DNA of 64,000 nucleotides from contig OZ024741.1 of NCBI GenBank assembly GCA_964016885.1, positions 13,392,001-13,456,000 of the forward strand. The letters run 5' to 3'. This document shows, piece after piece, positions 25,049 to 38,924 of this stretch. The position numbers and the translations under genes are program-made. The first letter of the stretch is position 1. The number at the start of each line of letters is the position of its first letter. The notes below the pieces were generated by a model. It ran no database searches and was not told the origin of the DNA. It was given only the letters and a program-made list of their open reading frames with translations. This DNA is from Eledone cirrhosa (taxonomy: Eukaryota).

Positions 25049-26400
25049 AACTACTCTGTACTGTGTCCACTACTCTGTACTGTGTCCACTACTCTGTATT
25101 GTGTCCACTACTCTGTACTGTGTCCACTACTCTGTATTGTGTCCACTACTCTGTATTGTGTCCACTACTCTGTATGGTGTCCACTACTCTGTACTGTCTC
25201 CACTACTCTGTATGGTGTCCACTACTCTGTAGTGGACACTACTCTGTATTGTGTCCACTACTCTGTATGGTGTCCACTACTCTGTATGGTGTCTACTACT
25301 CTGTATGGTATCTACTACTCTGTATTGTGTCTACTACTCTGTATGGTGTCCACTACTCTGTATGGTGTCCACTAGTCTGTACTGTTTACTACTCTGTATG
25401 GTGTCCACTTCTCTGTATGGTGTCCACTACTCTGTATGGTGTCCACTACTCTGTATGGTGTCCACTACTATGTAAGGTGTCCACTTCTCTGTATTGTGTC
25501 CACTACTCTGTACTGTGTCCACTAATCTGTACTGTGTCCACTACTCTGTACTGTGTCCACTACTCTGTACAGTGTCCACTAATCTGTATGGTGTCCACTA
25601 CTCTGTACTGTGTCCACTACTCTGTACTGTGTTCACTACTCTGTACTGTGTCCACTAATCTGTATGGTGTCCACTACTCTGTACTGTGTCCACTACTCTG
25701 TACTGTGTCCACTACTCTGTACTGTGTCCACTAATCTGTATGGTGTCCACTACTCTGTATGGTGTCCACTACTCTGTACTGTGTCCACTACTCTGTACTG
25801 TGTCCACTACTCTGTACTGTGTCCACTACTCTGTACTGTGTCTACTACTCTGTACTATGTCCACTACTCTGTACTATGTCCACTACTCTGTACTATGTCC
25901 ACTACTCTGTACTATGTCCACTACTCTGTACTATGTCCACTACTCTGTACTGTGTCCACTACTCTGTACTGTGTCCACTACTCTGTACTGTGTCCACTAC
26001 TCTGTACTGTGTCCACTACTCTGTATTGTGCCCACTACTCTGTAAGGTGTCCACTACTCTGTAAGGTGTCCACTACTCTGTAAGGTGTCCACTACTCTGT
26101 ATTGTGTCCATTACTCTGTATTGTGTCCACTACTCTGTATTGTGTCCACTACTCTGTAAGGTGTCCACTACTCTGTAAGGTGTCCACTACTCTGTACTGT
26201 CTACTACTCTGTAAGGTGTCCACTACTATGTATTGTGTCCACTACTCTGTAAGGTGTCCACTACTCTGTAAGGTGTCCACTACTCTGTATGGTATCTACT
26301 ACTCTGTACTGTCTACTACTCTGTAAGGTGTCCACTACTCTGTATTGTGTCCACTACTCTGTATTGTGTCCACTACTCTGTATTGTGTCCAGTGCTCTGT
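25049..26400 (+). repeat. 19-bp tandem satellite (about 70 units)
   Basis: Unit actactctgta(ct/tg/tt/ag)gtgtcc. Confidence 0.95.
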
Positions 26401-26554
26401 ATATTTAGCTGTGCACATCTACATATACATTATGTAATCTTTTCATACATTTATTATATTTTTCCGTACAAACTATTTTATTGTTTTTCCGTTTACAATG
26501 TCATTGCCAAAAGACTTTTCTATTTTCGATTTTTCAAACTACAGACAACAGTTA

Positions 26555-26986
26555 TATCATTAGCCAATAAAGGCCAGCAATTACTCAGTGCATTACTGGT
26601 ACTTTATTTTATCGACCCCGTAAGGATCAATTAAATCGACCCCAGTGTGGTACTGGTACTTTATTTTATCGACCCCGTAAGGATGAAAGGCACGATTTGA
26701 AATCAGAATCAAAGGGCTGTAACTCTATTCTGTGAAGCATGTTGTCTGATGTTCTACTGATACTGCTAATGCAGTATAATGATAATAATATTAATAAGTG
26801 TTTCTATTTTTGGCACAAGGCCAGCAAATACCCCAGTGCATTACCGGTACTTTATTTTATCGAACTCATAAGGATGAAAGGCAAAGTTGACCTCCGCGGG
26901 ATTTGAACTCGGACCGTAAAGGGCCGTAACTCTATGTTAGAAAGCATGCCGTCCAACCCTCTACTTATACTGCTAATTCCCTGCCC

Positions 26987-26988
<2 letters not shown>
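26555..26988 (-). mobile_element. Two family A SINE copies (first with an internal duplication)
   Basis: actggtactttattttatcga-ccc-taaggat recurs three times; gatttgaactc B box. Confidence 0.75.

Positions 26989-27026
<38 letters not shown>
26988..27026. repeat. (AAT)n microsatellite
   Basis: Direct observation. Confidence 0.95.
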
Positions 27027-27481
27027 CAGGTATTGCTCAATTTCAGCAGAGTGAAATACCATAGATTACTACCTAGTTGTTTTTGCTGTCTTTATATAAT
27101 TCACTTTATTTTACGAATGTCCAATTCTTATAATTATTTATTCAGGTAATTCTTGGTTTCCACATATTTCACCTGTTATTAAAAGTCTCTGTAAGCCAGT
27201 TTTAAAAGATGAAATGACCAAAATATTTTCCTCTCTTTGATGATGTCTAATAAAGTTGTGTAAACATTTGTTAGTCTCTATATTTCATCATTGGTTCTGT
27301 CCATGTTATTCTCAAATGTGTTCTATATGTTCACATCTAAAACAAAGGCTTCTTATTTGATACTACAATTGTTAATGGCCAAATACTAGATAACATTCCT
27401 GCCTTCTCCACTAACCACTGTCATGCTTCTCTAAATTCTCTGTTTCTTTTCTCTATATTACTCAACACTGTCATCAATAAT

Positions 27482-27868
27482 TGTTTCTATGTTTGGCACA
27501 AGGCCAGCACTTACCCCAGTGTATTGCTGGTACTTTATTTTATCGGCCCCGTAAGGATGAAAGGCAAAGTTAACCTTGGTGGGATTTGAACTCAGACCGT
27601 AAAGGGGCGCAACTCTATGCTACAAAGCATGGCGTCCGACACTCTACCGATACTGCCAATCCACCATCATCAATAATGCTTTCTGATTTAGGCACATGCC
27701 CAACAATGTTTTGGAAAAGTGCATTACTGGTACTTTATTTATTGACCCCGTAAGGATGAAGTGCAAAGCTAACCTTCATGGGATTTGAACTCAGAACGCA
27801 AAGGGAGGTAATTCTATACTACGAAACATGGTGTCTGGTGCTCTACCGATACTGCTAATCTATCGCCC
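27482..27868 (-). mobile_element. Two tandem family A SINE copies
   Basis: 27482-27665 and 27678-27868, both homologous to 20828-21011. Confidence 0.8.
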
Positions 27869-27874
27869 TTGTAT

Positions 27875-28035
27875 GGGACCTCAAGAAGAATTCCACTTAC
27901 TTCATGCTCAAACGGAAAATACTCGAGAGGGCGCGGGCATAAGTGCTGTAACCTTTGTGTCTCAGAGAGCTATGAGATAGTATTTGCCAAGGGCCCGACC
28001 CTGAAAAAACTCTCCAAACACTGCCCATATGGTAT
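27875..28035 (+). pseudogene. Degenerate PLE GIY-YIG C-terminal fragment
   Basis: KRKILERARA / CCNLCVSESYEIVFAKGPTL resembles KWDILSSASAY...CRLCNLELFYIL of ORF 39760-40812. Confidence 0.45.
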
Positions 28036-28068
28036 GCTAAAAAAACAATGCAATGTATAAATATATAT

Positions 28069-28236
28069 ACTGTTTCATTAAAAAGAAATCACCAAGAAAA
28101 GCCCTGATGATTTTTTCTTTTGAATGAAACAGTTCTAGTCCTGTAGATGCCATTTCTGTATTAAACATGATGTTTACACTCTACTAATGTATTGAGTACC
28201 TTACTTACTGTGGTTACTCCCGATTGAACCTGATAC
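28069..28236 (+). mobile_element. PLE pLTR fragment with short 5' inversion and hammerhead core
   Basis: CTGATGA(28104)...GAAACAG-ttctagtc-CTGTA; homologous to 37270-37402 (-); flanked by TA runs. Confidence 0.75.
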
Positions 28237-28399
28237 TCATATAATATATAATATATATATATATACACACACATATAGAATAACTTATGTAACGTTACTG
28301 ATAGGTAGATTTCTACTGAAGCAACCTAAAACAAGGAAGTGTATATACACACACATACATCTGTCTCTCTATCTCTCTCTCTCTCTATCTATCTATCAA

Positions 28400-28780
28400 C
28401 TCTTTTTTTCAAATACCACTTTGGAAGAAGAATCAGAATGGAGAGAGAGGTGCTGTACCCCAGCAAGTTTTATGAAAGGTGGGTGAAAGTGGCGAGAATG
28501 GCCCGAGTGAATGGGCCTTCTCTCTATATCAGCCTGTAGGTTGAGGAAAAGGAGGAGGAGAGGAAAGGAGTACAAACTCTTCGTACTCCTGGAGATGAGG
28601 GTTGCAAATTTTTTTTTCGGGGGTATGTGTTACCCATATGTAATGTCTCCCCCTATTGGGGAAAATCTACTAATTTTTAAATTACATTTATGATAACATT
28701 TTACACGTTTTTATTGTATGTAAACTTCCCCCTTTGTATTTGTCCCCTTCTTTTGTGCCCCTGTGGCTAATAAAGAAACA
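28400..28780 (+). mobile_element. L1/Tx1-type LINE 3' fragment
   Basis: [44 protein letters not shown] plus 3' UTR ending aataaagaaa; homologous to 48960-49337. Confidence 0.85.
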
Positions 28781-28837
<57 letters not shown>

Positions 28838-28903
28838 CTGTTTAACTGTCTCTATATCTGTCTGTCTATCTCTATATCTGTCTGTCTGTCTATCTGTCTG
28901 TCT
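28781..28903. repeat. (TCTA)n/(TCTG)n microsatellite
   Basis: Direct observation. Confidence 0.9.
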
Positions 28904-29210
28904 GCTGTACCCCACCAAAGTTTATAAAAGGTGGGTGAAAGTGGCAAAGATGGCTCGAGTGGTTGGGCCTTCTCTCTATATAAGCCTGTAGGTTGAGGAG
29001 AGGAAGGGAGTACTTACTCTTGGTGCTCCTGGAGATGAGGGTTGTACATTTTTTCGGGGTGTGTACAACCCCTGTGTAACGCCTCCCCCCTATTGGGGAT
29101 ATCAATTGTTATTTGTTATTTTATTAATAGTTTTATTTTCATATACCTGTATGTAAACTCCCTATTTGTATTTGTCCCCTTCTTTTGTGCCCTTGTGGCT
29201 AATAAAGAAA
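28903..29210 (+). mobile_element. L1/Tx1-type LINE 3' fragment (second copy)
   Basis: [28 protein letters not shown] plus the same 3' UTR. Confidence 0.85.
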
Positions 29211-29314
29211 TTTATCTGTCTGTCTCTATATCTATCTGTCTATCACTATATCTCTCTGTCTGTCTATCTGTCTCTTGTGAAACCCTTTGTCTTACTAGTT
29301 AGTCTATTTGGTCC

Positions 29315-29515
29315 ACAGCTGTAAGGTTGATCCCCTGTGGTACATTGTGTTCTTGAGCCAGGTATTTAGTTCTACCTTTGATTCACCATACTATGTCACC
29401 TTTAATTTACCTGAGGAATATATTAACAGTAGATATGTCGGTGGAATGCTCAGACACTTGCAGGTTAATATGATGAACAGGCTGCTCCATTGTCTGAACA
29501 ACTGGAATATTTTAT
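29315..29515 (+). mobile_element. SINE-like repeat, family B
   Basis: ggttgatccc...tgtgttcttgagccagg head; 3' part resembles the reverse complement of 5020-5115. Confidence 0.45.
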
Positions 29516-29601
29516 TGTAGGAACAGGGATGTCCAACATACGCTATGTCTGTCTGTGTCCTTGTTTTCAGATATTGATATTCCACAACCATCATCAATCC
29601 C

Positions 29602-29604
<3 letters not shown>

Positions 29605-29669
<65 letters not shown>
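29605..29669. repeat. (CT)n microsatellite
   Basis: Direct observation. Confidence 0.95.
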
Positions 29670-29671
<2 letters not shown>

Positions 29672-29812
29672 ATAGACACACAGCATATTTCTGTAGACCT
29701 CCCCCACCCTCTCTATATAAACTAATACTGCAGTATTTTAGTGAATAGTACAGTTATAACTATCATCGCTCTCTCTTCCTCTCTCTCTTTCTCACTCACA
29801 TGCAATTACATA

Positions 29813-32800
29813 TCCACACCACAGCACATACACACACCACAGCACATACACACACCACACCAGAGCACATACACACCACACCACAGCACATACACACCAC
29901 AACACAGCACATACACACCACACCACAGCACATACACACAGCACAGCACATACACACACCACACCACAACACATACACACCACACCACAGAACATACACA
30001 CACCACACCACACACACACACCACACCACACCACATACACACCACAGCACATACACACACCACACCACAGCACATACACACACCACACCACACCACATCC
30101 ACACCACATACACACCACACCACAGCACATACACACCACACCACACCACATACACACCACATACACACCACAGCACATACACACACCACACCACACCACA
30201 TACACACCACAGCACATACACACACCACACCACAGCACATACACACACCACACCACACCACACCACATACACACCACACCACAGCACATACACACCACAT
30301 ACACACCACAGCACATACACACCACACCACACCACACCACACCACAGCACACCACACCACAGCACACCACACCACAGCACACCACACCACAGCACACCAC
30401 ACCACAGCACACCACACCACAGCACACCACACCACAGCACATACACACCACACCACATACACGCCACACCACATACACACCACACCACATACACACCACA
30501 CCACAGCACATACCACACCACATACACACCACACCACATACACACCACACCACATACACACCACACCACACCACAGCACATACACACCACACCACATACA
30601 CACCACACCACATACACACCACACCACATACACACCACACCACACCACACATCATACACACCACACCACATACACACCACACCACACCACACCACATACA
30701 CACCACACCACATACACACCACACCACAGCACACCACACCACACCACATACACACCACATACACACCACACCACATACACGCCACACCACATACACACCA
30801 CACCACATCCACACCACACCACACCCACACCACACCACATACACACCACACCACATCCACACCACACCACAACACATACACACCACAGCACATACACCAC
30901 ACCACATCCACACCACATACACACCACAGCACATACACACCACACCACACCACATACACACCACACCACATACACACCACACCACATACACACCACAGCA
31001 CATACACACCACAGCACATACACACACCACACCACAGCACATACACACCACACCACACCCACACCCACACCACAGCACACACACCACACCACAGCACAGC
31101 ACACACACCACACCACACCACATACACACCACACCACAGCACAGCACACACACCACACCACACCACATACACACCACACCACATACACACCACTTACACA
31201 CCACACCACATACACACCACACCACATACACACCACATACACACCGCACCACATACACACCACATACACACCACACCACATACACACCACACCACATACA
31301 CACCACACCACATACACACCACACCACATACACACCACACCACATACACACCACACCACATACACACCACACCACACCACACTACACACACACACCACAC
31401 CACATACACACCACTTACATACCACACCACATCCACACCACGTACACACCACACCACAGCACATACACACCACACCACACCACATACACACCACACCACA
31501 TACACACCACACCACACCACATACACACACCACAGCACACCACATACACACACCACACCACACCACACCACACCACACCACACCACACCACACCACACCA
31601 CACCACACCACACCACATACACACCATATACACACCACACCACACCACACCACACCACACCACACCACACCACACCACACCACACCCCATCCACACCACA
31701 TACACACCACACCACACCACATACACACCACACCACACCACACCACACCACACCACACCACCACATACACACCACACCACATACACACCACACCACACCA
31801 TATACACACCACATACACACCACACCACAGCACACCACACCACATACACACACCACACCACAGCACAACACATACACACACCACACCACATACACACACC
31901 ACACCACAGCAACAACACATACACACACCACACCACATACACACACCACACCACAGCACAACACATACACACACCACACCACACCACACCACATACACAC
32001 CACACCACACCACACCATATACACACCACACCACATACACACCACACCACACCACACCACACCACACCACATGCACACCACACCACACCACACCACACCA
32101 CACCACACCACAGCACAGCACATACACACACCACAGCACATACACACCACACCACATACACACCACACCACATACACACCACACCACATGCACTGCACAC
32201 CACACCACACCACATACACACCACACCACACCACACCACACCACATACACACCACACCACATCCACACCACACCACACCACACCACATACACACCACACC
32301 ACACCACACCACACCACATACACACCACACCACACCACACCACACCACATACACACCACATCCACACCACACCACATCCACACCACACCACACCACACCA
32401 CACCACACCACATACACACCACACCACACCACACCACACCACATCCACACCACACCACACCACACCGCATCCACACCACACCACACCACACCACACCACA
32501 TCCACACCACACCACATACACACCACATACACACACACCACACCACATACACACCACATACCCACCACAGTATATATACACCACAACACATACACACACC
32601 ACACCACATACACACCACACCACAGCACATACACACCACACCACAGTCCATACACACACCACACCACACCACACCACAACACATACACACACCACACCAC
32701 AACACATACACACACCACACCACATACACACCACACCACAACACATACACACACCACACCACATACACACCACACCACATACACACCACACCACCCCACA

Positions 32801-35800
32801 ACACATACACACACCACACCACATACACACCACACCACACCACAACGCATACACACACCACACCACATACACACCACACCACACCACATACACACCACAG
32901 CACATACACACACCACACCACAGCACACACACCACACCACACCACAGCACATACACACCACACCACAGCACATACACACCACACCACACCACATACACAC
33001 CACAGCACACCACACCACACCACATACACACCACATACACACCACACCACACCACACCACACCACAGCACACCACACCACACCACACCACAGCACAGCAC
33101 AGCACACCACACCACACCACACCACACCACACCACATACACACCACTTACACACCACACCACATACACACCACACCACACCACATACACACCACACCACA
33201 TACACACCACACCACACCACATACACACCACATACACACCACACCACACACACACACCACACCACACCATATACACACGACATACACACCACACCACACC
33301 ACACCACACCATATACATACCACACCACACCACATACACACCACACCACACCACATACACACCACACCACACCACACCACATACACACCACACCACACAC
33401 ACACCACAGCACATACACACACCACACCACAGCACATACACACCACACCACACCCACACCACACCACACCACAGCACACACACCACACCACACCATACCA
33501 CAGCACAGCACAGCACACACACCACACCACACTACACCACATACACACCACACCACACTACACCACATACACACCACACCACACCACATACACAACACAC
33601 CACACCACATACACACCACACCACACCACATACACACCACACCACACCACACCACATACACACCATATACACACCACACCACACCACATACACACCACAC
33701 CACACCACATACACACCACACCACATACACACCACACCACACACCACACCACAGCACACACACACATCACACCACACCACACCATATACACACCACACCA
33801 CATACACACCACACCACACTACATACACACCACACCACATACACACCACACCACACTACATACACACCACAGCACATACACACACCACACCACAGCACAT
33901 ACACACCACACCACACCCACACCACACCACATACACACACCACACCACACCGCAGCACACACACCACACCACACCACACCACATACACACCACTTACACA
34001 CCACACCACATACACACCACACCACATACACACCACACACACACCACACCACAACACATACACATACACACCACACCACACCACACACACACCACACCAC
34101 ATACACACCACTTACACACCACACCACAGCACATACACACCACACCACACCACACCACAGCACATACACACCACACCACACACACCACACCACATCACAC
34201 CACACCACAGCACATACACACCACACCACACACACCACACCACACCACACACACCACATACACACCACAGTACATACACACCACACCACATACACACCAC
34301 ACCACATACACACCACACCACATACACACCACACCACATACACACCACACCACATACACACCACACCACATACACACCACACCACATACACACCACACCA
34401 CATACACACCACACCACACCAGAACACATACACACACCACATACACACCACACCACACCACAACACATACACACACCACACCACACCACATACACACCAC
34501 AACACATACACACCACACCACAGACACACCACATCCACACCACATACACACCACACCACAACACATACACACCACACCACAGCAGATACACACCACACCA
34601 CACCACAGACACACCACATCCACACCACATACACACCACACCACAGCACATACACACACCACACCACACCACATACACACCACAACACATACACACCACA
34701 CCACACCACAGACACACCACATCCACACCACATACACACCACACCACAACACATACACACACCACACCACACCACATACACACCACAACACATACACACC
34801 ACACCACACCACAGACACACCACATCCACACCACATACACACCACACCACAACACATACACACCACACCACAGACACACCACATCCACACCACATACACA
34901 CCACACCACAATACATACACACACCACACCACACCACATACACACCACAACACATACACACCACACCACACCACAGACACACCACATCCACACCACATAC
35001 ACACCACACCACAGCACATACACACCACACCACACCACATACACACCACAGTACATATACACACCACAGCACATACACACACCACAGCACATACACACCA
35101 CACCACAGCACATACACACCACACCACAGCACATACACACACCACAGCACATACACACACCACAGCACATACACACCACACCACATACACACACCACAGC
35201 ACATACACACCACACCACATACACACACCACAGCACATACACACACCACACCACAGTATATACACACCACACCACAACACATACACACCACACCACACCA
35301 CACACACACCACACCACATACACACCACTTACATACCACACCACATACACACCACTTACATACCACACCACATCCACACCACATCCACACCACACCACAG
35401 CACATACACACCACACCACATACACACCACACCACACCACAGCACATACACACACCACAGCACATACACACACCACAGCACATACACACCACACCACATA
35501 CACACACCACAGCACATACACACCACACCACATACACACACCACAGCACATACACACACCACACTACAGTATATACACACCACACCACACCACAACACAT
35601 ACACACCACACCACAGCACATACACCACATCCACACCACATACACACCACACCACACCACACCACAGCACATACACACCACACCACACCACACACACCAC
35701 ACCACACCACACCACATACACACCACACCACACCACACCACACCACACCACACCACACCACACCACACCACACCACACCACACCACACCACACCACATCC

Positions 35801-36570
35801 ACACCACACCACATCCACACCACAGCACATACACACCACACCACATACACACCACACCACATACACACCACACCACACCACATACACACCACACCACACC
35901 ACATACACACCACACCACATACACACCACACCACACCACACCACATACACACCACACCACACCACATACACACCACACCACACCCCACCACATACACACC
36001 ACACCACATACACACCACACCACAGCACATACACACCACACCACATACACACCACACCACATACACACCACATACACACCACACCACAGCACATACACAC
36101 CACACCACAGCACATACACACCACACCACAAACACACCACTTACACACCACACCACATACACCACACAGTCCACACACTAACCACACCACACACTAACCA
36201 CACACCACACACAATCCACGCACACCACACACAGTCCACACACTAACCACACACCACACACAATCCACACACCACACACACCACACACCACACACAGTCC
36301 ACACACCACACACACCACACAGTCCACACACCACACACATTAACCACACACCACACACAGTCCACACAGTCCACACACCACACACCACACACACCACACA
36401 CAGTCCACACACCACACACACCACACACAGTCTACACACCACACACAGTCTACACACCACAGACAGTCCACACACCACACACAGTCCACACACCACAGAC
36501 AGTCCACACACCACACACAGTCCACACACCACACACAGTCCACACACCACACAGTCCGCACACCACACCA
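29813..36570. repeat. 6.7-kb C/A-rich compound satellite (CACAC-type pentamers, CACAT, CAG variants)
   Basis: Almost only C and A on the + strand; source of the 2146/2148-aa H/T/P ORFs; last 400 bp switch to cacacagtccacac units. Confidence 0.95.
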
Positions 36571-36615
36571 GTATTACACTCTAAGCTATAAACTATTAAA
36601 CTGTAGTCATATGAT

Positions 36616-36714
36616 TGCTTCTACTTTAGGCACAAGGCCAGCAAATCACCAGTACATTACTGGTACTTTATTTTATCGACCCCGTAAGGACAAAAGGCAT
36701 AGTCAACCTCGTTA
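36616..36714 (-). mobile_element. 5'-truncated family A SINE with 12-bp TSD
   Basis: tagtcatatgat at 36604-36615 and 36715-36726 flanks the fragment. Confidence 0.8.
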
Positions 36715-36764
36715 TAGTCATATGATATTGCTTGTTACTACATGGTCAGGCAGTTCATATATAT

Positions 36765-36796
<32 letters not shown>

Positions 36797-36798
<2 letters not shown>

Positions 36799-36969
36799 CA
36801 AAGGAATTGTGGTAGGAACCAGATGGACCATAACGCACCAGAGTACTCAATACTTAGGGTAGTAGAGTGGGAAATAGGAAAAAGTATGACCCGACGGCAG
36901 AGCTCAAGCCGCTTCGATGGAAATAGCCGTCGAAATAGCTTGAGCTCTGCCGTCGGGGTCATACTTTTT

Positions 36970-36974
<5 letters not shown>
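36797..36974 (-). mobile_element. PLE-type terminal fragment with fold-back (inverted repeat 36874-36974) in (TA)n
   Basis: ataggaaaaagtatgacccgacggcagagctcaagc...gcttgagctctgccgtcggggtcatactttttcctat. Confidence 0.65.
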
Positions 36975-37035
<61 letters not shown>

Positions 37036-37351
37036 CTGTCTCACTACATACATTTATCTACTTCGTCTGTTTTGATTCATCTCTCTGACTGTCTTTCTAT
37101 CTGTCTACCCATCTCATCTCATCTCTCTCTCTCTCCCATCTCTCTCTCTATATATATATAAATATCTGTTTTTCTATCTCTACACATCCCTCTGACTGTC
37201 TATCTTTTTATCTCTCTCTACCTATCTACCCATCTCTCTCTCTCTGCATATATATATATATATATATACGTTATTCCGGGTTGAATCGGAGGTAACCACA
37301 GTAAGTAAGGTACTCAATACATAGCAGAGTATAACAGTTTTAATATAGATG

Positions 37352-37402
37352 AGATTCTACAGGACTAGAACTGTTTCATTCATTAGAAATCATCAGGAAT
37401 CT
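37352..37402 (-). ncRNA. Mirror copy of the putative hammerhead ribozyme
   Basis: Exact reverse complement of 37878-37928. Confidence 0.7.
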
Positions 37403-37877
37403 GGGTATCAAAAAATAAATATGGTATTTATAGGTCTCTACAAGTGGTAGGAGAGGGTGGGGAGTGGGATGGGTGCAGGTCATTGGTTGATAGAAAAGGG
37501 AATTCATTAAAAGCTAATTCTACAAAGCTATAGTTAATTTTTATTTTTATTTATATTTATTTATGTTTTTAGAGTAACAAAGGCAGACAGAATTCTATAA
37601 ACAGGTTCCGGATGGCATACCATTCCTTGTCAATAAGTTTCTCTTATTGACAAGGAATGGTATGCCATCCGGAACCTGTTTATAGAATTCTGTCTGCCTT
37701 TGTTACTCTAAAAACATAAATAAATATAAATAAAAATAAAAATTAACTATAGCTTTGTAGAATTAGCTTTTAATGAATTCCCTTTTCTATCAACCAATGA
37801 CCTGCACCCATCCAACTCCCCACCCTCTCCTACCACTTGTAGAGACCTATAAATACCATATTTATTTTTTGATACCC

Positions 37878-37928
37878 AGATTCCTGATGATTTCTAATGA
37901 ATGAAACAGTTCTAGTCCTGTAGAATCT
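37878..37928 (+). ncRNA. Putative type I hammerhead ribozyme
   Basis: AGATTC-CTGATGA-t ttc taat gaa t-GAAA-CAG ttctagtc CTG-TA-GAATCT; stems I and III pair perfectly; stem II has an atypical U-U base. Confidence 0.7.
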
Positions 37929-38243
37929 CATCTATATTAAAACTATATATATATATATATATATATAATTTTCTATCTACACATCTCTGTCTATCTATCT
38001 CTCCCCCCTCCCCATCTCTCTCTCTCTATATATATTGATCTGTTTGTCTGTTTCTACTCATCCCTCTCATTGTCTTTCTCTTCTTCCCTCTTTCTTTCCA
38101 TCCTTCCATTAACAATTTTTCTTATTTACGTTTCTACATTTACCTACACACTCACACCTACCCACCTGCACGCCTCACCTATCTTTTACTGGTTTTAATG
38201 ATTGAGCCGCGGCCATACAATAAAGTTGATTACATCCAGTTAG

Positions 38244-38414
38244 AAGGCCAGTTACTACAATGGTGCCACATGTTTCATGGACCAGAGATTCTACATGTTC
38301 AACCTCTGACAATGGAAATAAACTGGGAATTTCCATCGATAGGTTGAACGTGTTGCCCCTCCGGTCCAACGAAACACACCCCCATGGTATGGCACCGTTG
38401 TAGTAACTGGCCTT
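38244..38414. mobile_element. Fold-back MITE, possibly PIF/Harbinger (Tourist)-like
   Basis: aaggccagttactacaatggtgcca ... tggcaccgttgtagtaactggcctt termini plus nested internal stems. Confidence 0.65.
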
Positions 38415-38508
38415 AATAATTATATTGAAACTCATCCTACGGACATGAATTGCTCTATACCTTGGACATCTTTACCAAACTATTAATACAATATATATAT
38501 ATATATAT

Positions 38509-38924
38509 ATATTAATTCAAAATATTAACAAAATAGATATTCTTGTGATCAAGTATATTTTATTATACATATTTCAGAGGTACTGAGTTAAGTTCAACAG
38601 TATGTCCTCATCAGATAAAATAAGATGATGCATGACATACCCTGACATAGTAGATACCCTGACATACTACCATGACTGAATCTTAACCATCTACTATGTT
38701 AGGGTATGTCATGCATCATCTTATTTTATCTGATGAGGACGTACTGTTGAACTTAACTCAGTACCTCTGAAATATGTATAATAAAATATACTTGATCACA
38801 AGAATATCTATTTTGTTAATATTTTGAATTAATATTAATAATTCTGGAAAACCATTTTGTTGAGTGCTTCCAATCTATTGTAAAACTCATTCTTTGATTT
38901 ATTCATTGAACCTTGTTTAACTTT

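Larger units (their letters stand above)
37270..37944. mobile_element. Palindromic PLE pLTR insertion (302-bp arms, 5-nt spacer) in (TA)n
   Basis: 37336-37637 is the reverse complement of 37643-37944 with one mismatch noticed. Confidence 0.9.

Noticed and set aside
25002-26634. Cys-rich repeat proteins
   Set aside because: Overlapping ORFs in all three frames from a 19-bp tandem repeat
29741-36246. 2146/2148-aa His/Thr/Pro ORFs and Cys/Val/Trp antisense ORFs
   Set aside because: C/A-only satellite lacks stop codons by composition
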